Assembly: GCA_977020255.1 (NCBI GenBank)
Contig: CDROCS010004529.1
Span: forward strand, 124,001 to 188,000
Direction: 5' to 3'
Length of the DNA: 64,000 bases
From: Obrimoposthia wandeli
Taxonomy: Eukaryota
Shown here: piece by piece, positions 30,765 through 38,860 of the stretch
Layout: the number at the start of each line of letters is the position of its first letter
Position numbering within the stretch: the first letter of the stretch is position 1
The notes under the pieces: model-generated
The model's database searches: none
What the model was told of the DNA's origin: nothing
The model's input: only the letters and a program-made list of their open reading frames with translations
Position numbers and translations under genes: made by a program

Positions 30765-31808
30765 TTAACGTGGTAAAACTTTAACTTCTTTATCCCACTT
30801 AGCCAGTAAACGCTTACGTGTTTTAGATGATCCGTAAGTTTTGAAATCGTAATCGATTAGTTTGATGTCTTCTAAACGAGGCGCTTCTTTTGGCGCTGTA
30901 GCCGTTTTGTTAGAAGGCACTTGGTAAGCTTTAACAGTGGCGGCTCTAGTTTGAATATCTGCACGTAGCGCAAACTCATACCATTTTTTAGCATTATCAA
31001 GGTTTCTAGCCCCTTTAATAATACTCATAGAACCCACTTCGTAACCCGTTCCCTCACTAGGAGACGCGGTACCGATAGGAAAGCCTTTCACAGTTTGCTT
31101 AACCGCATCGTGCATGAAAACGATACCAATGGTATTTTCACCACGCGCTGCCGCTTTCACCGGTGCTGAACCAGATTTAGTATATTGGTTGATGTTTTTG
31201 TGCAGCTTCTTCATGTACTCGAAGCCTTCTTCTTCACCAAAAACTTGTACGATAGTGGCAAGCGTTGTGTAAGCGGTTCCAGATGAATTAGGGTTAGCCA
31301 TTTGTACTTCACCTTTGTAGATAGGCTTGGTTAAGTCCATCCAGCTTTTTGGCTCAGGCAATCCTTTCTTTTTCAAAATATCAACGTTGTAGCCGAAACC
31401 CAACCCCCCTGCATAAATACCCACTGTTTTATAGCCTGATTGCTCAGCTTGGCGTACAGCCCAATCTTGTAGCTGGCCCAAATTCTCTGATTTATACTCA
31501 TAGCTCAAACCTTCTTCAGCGGCTTGTAAATGTGGATCGCCCGTACCGCCCCACCAGATATCTACTTTAGGATTGCGTTTCTCCGCACGAATTTGCGCCA
31601 GTGTTTCACCTGAGCTCTTACGTGCCATTTTAACTGAAACGCCTGTCTCTTTTTCAAAGTCGGTCACCATCAACTGGCACCAATCGATGTTAGCACTGCA
31701 GATAACGTTTAGTTTTTCAGCTGCATATAACGAAGTAGCCGACAGCGTTAACGCACTAACTGCGACACTGAGCCCTAAAATTTTCTTAATCTTCATATTT
31801 TTCTCCAA
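30765..31808 (-). CDS. ABC substrate-binding protein, AfuA-like (sugar-phosphate / Fe class)
   Basis: Signal peptide; RKSSGETLAQI.AEK.NP..D.WWGGT.DP, NPNSSGTAYT, YTKSG, GYEVG. Confidence 0.82.
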   Translation of the reverse strand: MEKNMKIKKILGLSVAVSALTLSATSLYAAEKLNVICSANIDWCQLMVTDFEKETGVSVKMARKSSGETLAQIRAEKRNPKVDIWWGGTGDPHLQAAEEGLSYEYKSENLGQLQDWAVRQAEQSGYKTVGIYAGGLGFGYNVDILKKKGLPEPKSWMDLTKPIYKGEVQMANPNSSGTAYTTLATIVQVFGEEEGFEYMKKLHKNINQYTKSGSAPVKAAARGENTIGIVFMHDAVKQTVKGFPIGTASPSEGTGYEVGSMSIIKGARNLDNAKKWYEFALRADIQTRAATVKAYQVPSNKTATAPKEAPRLEDIKLIDYDFKTYGSSKTRKRLLAKWDKEVKVLPR

Positions 31809-31913
31809 TCGATATTATTTTTAGTATTGGACAAGCCACTGATGAAAACGCTTTCCCAGTGTATAAATTATGTGCATTAAATAAGATGCCAGCTAGCGCT
31901 TGTTAAACTATTA

Positions 31914-31959
31914 GATACCTTTGCACCATGACAGTATTCGCTACTTCGCACAAAGGCTC
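31914..31959. mobile_element. MITE family 2, decayed 46-bp copy, TSD TATTA
   Basis: GATACCTTTGCAC ... TCGCTACTTCGCACAAAGGCTC; TATTA at 31909-31913 and 31960-31964. Confidence 0.7.
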
Positions 31960-32395
31960 TATTAATTGAAGCTCACACAAAAAGCGGCTAAGCATTCGAT
32001 GTGCGGTATTTTCAACTTAGCTAGATGATATTTAAACGCTATTGACCTCATCCATGTATTGGCCACTACAAACATTCTATGACTCAATGAAGATAGAATA
32101 TATATTCTAAATACTCAAGTAATATACTCTTTTATTTCAGATTTATGACAATCACTTTTAGGCGAACAACCTGATACTTAATGCCTAGAACCCATCGTAA
32201 AGAAACTGGGGTTTATCAAATAAAACTTATCAGACATCTGTGCTTTATTCCCATGTTTTATAACCAAAAGATACTTCACTTCTATAGCCATCACCTGAGT
32301 CGCTATTAAACTAATGATTGACCTCTATTTTAAAAACTCGTTAAACTTCATGCCGTATCGAATATAACTTAAAATGCAGATATTTAAAGGAGCCT

Positions 32396-33202
32396 ATGGG
32401 AAGCCTGCTAAGCACTATTAAAAACACACTCAACCAAAAGCGTGAGTTGCCATTTTCGGTATACACCTCTATCAAAGAGCAAAAATTATTAAATGTTCCC
32501 ATTGCCAAACCTTTATTAATTGTGGTGCTTAACGGTGATAAAGAGCTCGGTAAAAATAACGAACTAACTTGCCATCGTGGTGATTTCATCTTCCTATCTG
32601 ACAGCCCCGCGATCAACATGCGCAATATCCCCCAAGACAAAGAATACTTCGCCTTATTAATAGAATTTGATTTTCAAGACTTCAATGGTCTTCAAATGAG
32701 CACTTCCAATTGCAAAGATTATTTTATTGGCAAAGCCACACCGGTATTAGAAAAATGCTTACAGCAGTTTGTTGAAAGCGCTTTGTGGGCACCACCGCAA
32801 GTTTGGTCTTTACGAAAAAGAGAAATAATCGAGCTATTGTGTAGCATGGGCCATAGAGAAATTTTATCTCTAATAGGTAATCATAAATTAAAAGATCAAC
32901 TTCATGATATGTACATTAAACAGGGCTTTCATGAACTAACCACACAGGCTATGTGTAAGCATCTCGCTATGAGCGAATCTACACTGCGCCGAAAGCTAAA
33001 ATTAGAAGGTACAAGCGTACAAGACATTAAAGATCAAGCAAGACTGGGTCTAGGTTTGCATCTGTTACAAACAACACGCCTTTCGATTGGCCTTATTGCC
33101 GATAAGTGTGGCTACCAATCCCAATCACGATTTACTGATCGTTTTAAAGGGCGTTTTGGCTTAACACCATCTGAGCTACGTAAAACTAAAATGACGGATT
33201 AA
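32396..33202 (+). CDS. AraC-family transcriptional regulator
   Basis: MSESTLRRKL, CGYQSQSRFTDRFK.RFGLTPS. Confidence 0.88.
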   Translation: MGSLLSTIKNTLNQKRELPFSVYTSIKEQKLLNVPIAKPLLIVVLNGDKELGKNNELTCHRGDFIFLSDSPAINMRNIPQDKEYFALLIEFDFQDFNGLQMSTSNCKDYFIGKATPVLEKCLQQFVESALWAPPQVWSLRKREIIELLCSMGHREILSLIGNHKLKDQLHDMYIKQGFHELTTQAMCKHLAMSESTLRRKLKLEGTSVQDIKDQARLGLGLHLLQTTRLSIGLIADKCGYQSQSRFTDRFKGRFGLTPSELRKTKMTD

Positions 33203-33291
33203 GGCGAAAGTGTGATGGTTTTGCTGCTAAATATCCCAACACCAAGTGATTAATATAAACACTCAATTACTTACAGCTCATAGGGATTAAA

Positions 33292-33849
33292 ATGCACTCT
33301 AACTTCAAACTTTTATCAATTTTATTACTTAGCGTTTCCAGCACTGTTTTCGCCAGCTCTTTTACCTTAACGAGTAAGGATATTGCTCAAGGTGAATTGA
33401 TGCCTAAAGCACAAGAGTTCAATGGCTTTGGTTGCTCTGGTGGAGATTTGTCGCCACATTTAAAATGGGCAAATGCACCTGAAGGTACCAACAGTTTTGC
33501 AATTACTGCCTATGACCCTGATGCCCCAACAGGTAGCGGTTGGTGGCACTGGCAGCTTGTGAATATTCCTAAAAATGTGATGGAGATAGCAACGGGAGCT
33601 GGCAGTACAACACAAAACCTAACGCCACAGGCTAGCATGCAAATAAACAATGATTACGGTAGCCGCGGCTTTGGCGGCGCTTGCCCCCCTACAGGGCACG
33701 GTGTACACCGCTACCAATTTACGATACATGCATTATCAGTTGAAAAACTGGAATTGCCAGCAGGTGCTTCAGGAGCATTAACGGGCTACATGATCAATGC
33801 AAACACCATTGAATCTAAGACAATTGAGTCTTTGTACAAACGAGATTAA
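33292..33849 (+). CDS. YbhB/YbcL family (Raf-kinase-inhibitor-like, PEBP) periplasmic protein
   Basis: Signal peptide; YDPDAPTGSGWWHW, GGACPP..HGVHRY. Confidence 0.92.
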   Translation: MHSNFKLLSILLLSVSSTVFASSFTLTSKDIAQGELMPKAQEFNGFGCSGGDLSPHLKWANAPEGTNSFAITAYDPDAPTGSGWWHWQLVNIPKNVMEIATGAGSTTQNLTPQASMQINNDYGSRGFGGACPPTGHGVHRYQFTIHALSVEKLELPAGASGALTGYMINANTIESKTIESLYKRD

Positions 33850-34191
33850 CTGACAATAATTTAAATAGGGTAAATGGTTGAGCATTTTTCTTTTTTTGAG
33901 TGTGTGTGGGAGGGGAAGGAAGCTGTTTTAATCTTTAGCAGATTAGGCCTGAGTTTCAGGAGCGGATGCATAAACATCAATACCAAAACAGCGCTAAACC
34001 AGTGAGCCTATCGAACATTTACTGTCTTCAGTGTTCGTAGTCTTAAAGGCTGTTTTTTCATGATGCTCTAGCAATAGTTCGTAAATCACATAGCATTGTT
34101 GCGTTAATTAACAGCCTGTTCGCCAGTCCTTTTGGGGGAGTTTTAGCACTCCCTTTTATTTACAACCCTCTTTATTTACAACCCTTTATAT

Positions 34192-34836
34192 TTACAGCCT
34201 TTTCAATACTTCTATTACTTCGCTAGGTTCTTGTCTTAAAATGTAATCAGCTTCAACGAAAGCACTGGCTATTATACCATCCTGTGCAATAACAAATGTT
34301 GCAGCTAATGGTAAATCAAATTGACCTTCACCATTATGTTCTTCTACTGCAATCCCGAACGATAAATAAATAGATCTTAGCTCTTCAGGTAAAGAAAACA
34401 CTAAGCCCAGCTTTTTAGCATAATCAGCATTAATATCAGAAAGCACTTCAAAGTCTAATGCATTTTTTTCAGTCGTCGAAAGTGACGCATCCGGCAGTTC
34501 AGGAGTAATGGCGACTAAAGTTGCATTGAGCGATTTAATTTCTTCAAGGGATTTTTGGTATTCACGTAATTCCAAATTGCAGTATGGGCACCAACCACCA
34601 CGATAAAACGTAATAACCACAGGGCCTTTTTCTAACAAGCTAGATAATGAAACATTATTGCCTTGTGGGTTTGGCAATGAAAACTCAGGTAGCTTATCAC
34701 CACTTTTAGGCGCTTTTAGTGCGATACCTGAATTGGCAAGATTTTGAGTTGCTTGTTGCATTAACTCTTGTATATTTTGCGGAACCTTCTCTTTAAAGGC
34801 TTGTTTGTGCTCATTTAATTTCTCAATTAACGCCAT
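34192..34836 (-). CDS. Peroxiredoxin-like (AhpC/TSA) family protein
   Basis: FYRGGWCPYCNLEL; ATG at 34836 preferred because the track's TTG at 34875 lies inside the operator palindrome. Confidence 0.87.
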   Translation of the reverse strand: MALIEKLNEHKQAFKEKVPQNIQELMQQATQNLANSGIALKAPKSGDKLPEFSLPNPQGNNVSLSSLLEKGPVVITFYRGGWCPYCNLELREYQKSLEEIKSLNATLVAITPELPDASLSTTEKNALDFEVLSDINADYAKKLGLVFSLPEELRSIYLSFGIAVEEHNGEGQFDLPLAATFVIAQDGIIASAFVEADYILRQEPSEVIEVLKRL

Positions 34837-34859
34837 GTCAGTTTCTCGTATCATTATAG

Positions 34860-34898
34860 TTGAATGATCATTCAACCACTACTTGAATGATCATTCAA
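34860..34898. promoter_or_regulatory. Tandem perfect 16-bp palindromes, likely TetR operators
   Basis: TTGAATGATCATTCAA at 34860-34875 and 34883-34898, between divergent genes. Confidence 0.8.
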
Positions 34899-34970
34899 GA
34901 TGTTTTGAATAAATCTCCAAAATAATGTAATATGCGTTGAATCATATATACCCTCGAGTCAGTGTAATTA

Positions 34971-35543
34971 ATGTCCAAAGCACAGTTTGATCAACAAGAT
35001 GTACTGAATAAAGCGACCTCTCTTTTTTGGCGAGTTGGCTATAATGCAACATCGATGCAGGCTTTATTTAAAACGACAGGCTTAAAACCGGGCAGTTTGT
35101 ACTTAGCATTTGGCAGTAAAGAAGGATTATTTAAAGAGTCTATTCACTTTTACGCTCAACATTCCATTGATCGATTACATAAAAATTTTCAACAGGAACA
35201 ATCAGTTGAACAAGTTATTTGTAAGGTATTACTTTCTTTTGTAGAGGAAGCAACACAGGCTGAATATTGTGGTTGTTTTTTAGTAAAAAGCCAGCTTGAG
35301 TTAGATGACAAGCCAGAGATTAAGCAAGCTATTTCTGAGTATTTGACGACGATTGAAAGTATATATGCGGATCAATTGGCGACTATTTATACAGTTGAAG
35401 AAGCTAAACAAAAAGCTGCAAGTATTATGCTACATATTTTTGGGCTTCGTATTTATGGTTACCATTTAAATAGTAAACAGCAAATGTTGTCGAGTTTACA
35501 GTTAGGTTTACATTGGTTACCTTGGTCTCGTTTTAGCGATTAG
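34971..35543 (+). CDS. TetR/AcrR-family regulator (NemR-like)
   Basis: FWRVGYNATSM..L...TGLKPGSLYLAFGSKEGLF; GCFLV. Confidence 0.9.
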   Translation: MSKAQFDQQDVLNKATSLFWRVGYNATSMQALFKTTGLKPGSLYLAFGSKEGLFKESIHFYAQHSIDRLHKNFQQEQSVEQVICKVLLSFVEEATQAEYCGCFLVKSQLELDDKPEIKQAISEYLTTIESIYADQLATIYTVEEAKQKAASIMLHIFGLRIYGYHLNSKQQMLSSLQLGLHWLPWSRFSD

Positions 35544-36436
35544 CTATTGGCAAATATTGTTCGACTTATATAAGTGTAATAGCAGAAAACCGATCGGCTT
35601 TAGCAGCATTACTCGGTACTGGCAGAAAAACCTGTGAAGTCCAAACCGCATTATTAACTATGCCCATACGTTTGCAAACAGTAACAATATTGCAAAGTTT
35701 GCAGCATAAGGTAAAGCTTACCTATTGAAACCTGCCTAACAACTTGGCTAGAACAATAGCGCCCTACCCTCAAAGCATCCACATACACTGATTACGATAA
35801 GATTGTGAATAACACCTTGATCCCTGTATTTGGTGACATCATCGAATCAAACCCTTTATATGGCTGGAAACACAAGCAAGAGGATTTGATTGAGAGCTTG
35901 TTATTTTGGTTCACACAATAGTAAAAAACACCCCGATTTCGTGAGAAAACGAGGTTTTATGTGAATAGCACAGATAAATGAGCCATTTTTAACAACCAAA
36001 AATGAGCAAAAAAAACTGACTAAACTTTACACACTTTAACTATTTTGTGGAAAGTGCAACAAACTAGGCCCCGAATAACAGTTAAGACACGTGTGTCATG
36101 TACAAACACCAAAGACTATGATGTGTAAAATACAAAATAGAAGCCACGCATTTCTATTCAAAAACATGTGCTTCTTAATAAATAGAAATATCTCCTTTGA
36201 CACAGGCTGTATGAAAACTCACAAAATTAAGTAAATCAATTCTTTCTTATGTGTTTTTAAAAATATATTATTATTAAAATCAACATCTTAGATTCTGTTT
36301 ATTATCTTAGAAACGGAAAATCAACAGTTTGATTCCTACTGATAATAGCCACGAGTCCTATATACTTCCCGCCATTCATCAGCAAATATCATTTTCTTGG
36401 CCCATCCATATTTACCCCGTAGCTCAACAGTAATAC

Positions 36437-36736
36437 TCAGTTCTCACATTTAGTCTTTCTAGGCCAGTATTTAAATTGTTGGCGAGCTGGAAGCTTACTA
36501 CAAAGCCAATCTTTATCGTGTTTAAATAGCCCTGAATAGCTAGCCCTTTCTTTTCTTTGAAGCGCACAGCGAGTCTTTGCTACTTGAGTTTTAATAGCTC
36601 GAATCAACCGAGCTCTATGAGATGAGCGTCTATCAATAAAACGTTTCTTTTTTCTAATTGCTAATAGTTCAGGATGTTGCGCTAAAATTTGTTCCACTGC
36701 TCCTTTAACCCTTTAATGCTCCTAAACCAACATCAC
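36437..36736 (-). pseudogene. C-terminal remnant of a TnsD/TniQ-family Tn7-like target-selection protein
   Basis: GAVEQILAQHPELLAIRK...ASYSGLFKHDKDWL..LP resembles the TnsD C-terminal VEQxI..P.L...RK / WLYxHDxxWL pattern; stops in the upstream frame; 5' side cut by IS1595. Confidence 0.7.
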
Positions 36737-37760
36737 GGCTATGTTTGGGAAGTTTGTTGAAACGCAGTGCATAACATATCCTTCATAAAGCTTGCTGACG
36801 ATATTTCGACCTGTTTGTTAAGCTCAAACCAACGAAACCACCCTATATATTTATGCAAATTTTTCGTTGCAACGCCATAAAAACGCTTCAACCATCGCTT
36901 TAATCTCATATGATATGCATTGACGGTTTGAATATGAAAAACTTTGTCTTTTACGCGTTCACCAAGGCTTTGATTTAATACCACGTGATTGATTTTTTCC
37001 TGTTTCGCTAGGTATTCATAATTGATATGACCATCTGTACAGAGGACAAGATCATCAGCCAGCTTAGGTAAAAAGTCAGCTTTCAGTTGAGACAGGGTAA
37101 AGCTAACGACAACCTGATCTACAACGTGCCCACTTCGATCGATACCAATCACAGCCTTTACCTTAGAAGCCTTGTCACTACCACGTTTACGCGGCTTTTC
37201 GGCGGTTAAATGACGACTGCCTTTTTCAGAATATTTGAACCATGTTTCATCTATTTCGACAATGCCTTCAAGCTGCTTACTCATGAGTAAATCAGCCAAT
37301 TTTAGAAATTTATGACGCCACACGAAAGCAGTAGTGAGATTAATTTCACACTCTTTTGCAGCGACGCGTAGTGTTTTTGAGTCCACCATCGTTTGGCAAT
37401 ATTGCTCCCACCGTTCAGGTTTATGTAGCCCACTCAATTGCGAACCAGTAAGCGCATTATAGGTTTTTGAACATGACTTACAACGATACCGTTGACGCCC
37501 TTTAGATGTGCCCCATTTATAGGAATAATTATGCTGGCAATAAGGGCATCCACTTAACGCTTTTTCAAGTAATTTAAGCACTTCAGGTTTGGATTCTGGA
37601 TTTAGCAAGTGCTTTTCTAAATCATTCTTCTGTCTAGGAGAGAGTTCACTAATCGTTTGTTTTAACTTGTTAAAATCAAATATTTTCATGATACGAAATC
37701 CTGTATATGCAATCATTACTGATATTATATACAGTTTCAACAATTCTCTCAAACATAGCC
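36737..37760 (-). mobile_element. IS1595-family insertion sequence (1024 bp)
   Basis: TIRs GGCTATGTTTGGGAAG / GGCTATGTTTGAGAGA; 8-bp flanks AACATCAC / AACATTAT (6/8). Confidence 0.9.
36739..37689 (-). CDS. IS1595-family DDE transposase with N-terminal Zn ribbon
   Basis: CPYC..CKSC, VEIDETW, LCTDG, FHIQTVNAYH; stop TAG inside the TIR; ATG at 37689 likely start. Confidence 0.92.
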   Translation of the reverse strand: MKIFDFNKLKQTISELSPRQKNDLEKHLLNPESKPEVLKLLEKALSGCPYCQHNYSYKWGTSKGRQRYRCKSCSKTYNALTGSQLSGLHKPERWEQYCQTMVDSKTLRVAAKECEINLTTAFVWRHKFLKLADLLMSKQLEGIVEIDETWFKYSEKGSRHLTAEKPRKRGSDKASKVKAVIGIDRSGHVVDQVVVSFTLSQLKADFLPKLADDLVLCTDGHINYEYLAKQEKINHVVLNQSLGERVKDKVFHIQTVNAYHMRLKRWLKRFYGVATKNLHKYIGWFRWFELNKQVEISSASFMKDMLCTAFQQTSQT

Positions 37761-37926
37761 AACATTATAGTATAGAAAATCTCTCGTTTTCACACGATTC
37801 AGGCTGTGAACGTTATCTCTAAAGATGAAATTTCTTCATTTATTCATACAGCCGATGATTTATCTATTAAAGGCTTAGCCTATAAACTGAATATGGGTTT
37901 GATTACATAAAGGTAGTAGTTTCAAA

Positions 37927-37955
37927 AAAAGCGAACCATCTCTGGTTCGCCTTTT
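37927..37955 (-). terminator. Terminator-like hairpin inside transposon end C
   Basis: AAAAGCGAACCA-TCTC-TGGTTCGCCTTTT. Confidence 0.75.
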
Positions 37956-37971
37956 GCTACTTACTTGAGGT

Positions 37972-38019
37972 GTTAACCATCTTCATTAAATCGTCAACCA
38001 ACTTAATTAAAGACCCTCA
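37972..38019. mobile_element. Tn7-like right end C (same family as element A)
   Basis: Sites GTTAACCATCTTCATTAAA and GTCAACCAACTTAATTAAA, then GACCCTCA. Confidence 0.75.
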
Positions 38020-38024
38020 ACAAA

Positions 38025-38054
38025 AAAGGGCGAATCATTGCTGACTCACCCTTT
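38025..38054 (-). terminator. Terminator-like hairpin inside transposon end B
   Basis: AAAGGGCGAATCA-TTGC-TGACTCACCCTTT (imperfect). Confidence 0.65.
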
Positions 38055-38105
38055 AAGCTATTTCATCAAAAGCTCATTACCTAAAAATGATTATGACCCT
38101 CTTGA

Positions 38106-38170
38106 GTCACAATCTTAATTACGGTCACAAACTTCATTAAAACAGTCACAATCTTTATTAACAATCACCA
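38106..38170. mobile_element. Tn7-like right end B (distinct binding-site variant)
   Basis: Three adjacent sites GTCACAA(T/A)CTT(A/C/T)ATTA at 38106, 38124 and 38145, then CAATCACCA, then ATGATT. Confidence 0.78.
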
Positions 38171-38299
38171 ATGATTTGAAGGTATTTAATTAAGTTGGTT
38201 AACATAAGACATTCATTTAATAATACGCTACCGTATTTATTAATGAAGATGGTTAACGCATTTAGGCTATTGAGCGCGTACTCTACCAAGTTTATAAAC

Positions 38300-38795
38300 G
38301 CTAAAAAACAACAAGTAAAAGGCAAATCAAGCGCTACCCCTTATCCAGCAACTCTATCGTATTAAAAAAGAAGCGAGCACTTTGTGGTTGATCAGCGCTA
38401 CGCAATAAGGCGAAACCAATCCAAAGAGATACTGAGTCAACTGCCCAAATAGCTCGATAAACCGATTGATAAAGCAGTACAGTATTTACAGAATTAACGG
38501 CTCCGATTAACGGACCCCGTTGAGGATGGAGGCTATTAGATTGATATTAATCGAGCCGAAAACTGTATACGTCCATTCGTGACTGATCGTAAAAACTAGA
38601 AGTTCAGTGCCAGTCAAAAAGGTGCTATAAGCACTGAGAGTTTATATAGTATCTTAGAAAATACAAAAGCCAACGGGTTAGAACCGTATCATTATCTAAG
38701 ACAACTGCTTACTCAATTACCTTTAGCTGAACGATTGAAGATATCGATACTTTACTGCCTTGAAATTTTAAGGGTGTAGTTGCTTAGCCGTTTAC
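38300..38795 (+). pseudogene. Decayed IS66 transposase (TnpC) C-terminus and right end
   Basis: Fragments IQQLYRI, IDINRAENCIRPF...RKN, ANGLEPYHYL...LLP with stops and frameshifts; ends in GCCGTTTAC. Confidence 0.8.
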
Positions 38796-38860
38796 CATCT
38801 AACTGTTAAAAAATTTAGGTACCCTTGTTTCAGCTTGGGTAATACCTCCGAACAAAACGG

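Noticed and set aside
35784-35812. AAGATTGTGAA resembling an end-B binding site (possible left end of B)
   Set aside because: No TG at the expected register, poor TTAAT match, no preceding ATGATT and no second site.
35560-36200. Possible gene remnants between the TetR gene and the tnsD-like fragment
   Set aside because: The frames I translated gave no recognisable protein motif; needs BLASTX.
36205-37853. GGCTGTATGAA inverted pair (36205, 37843-37853) and a 52-bp mini-IR at 37802-37853
   Set aside because: Only 11 bp match and no flanking duplication; possibly decayed IS ends but not supportable.
37921-38260. Repeats read as a CRISPR array or CAST homing spacer
   Set aside because: Units are 17-19 bp, contiguous or inverted, with no unique spacers, and no cas genes are present.
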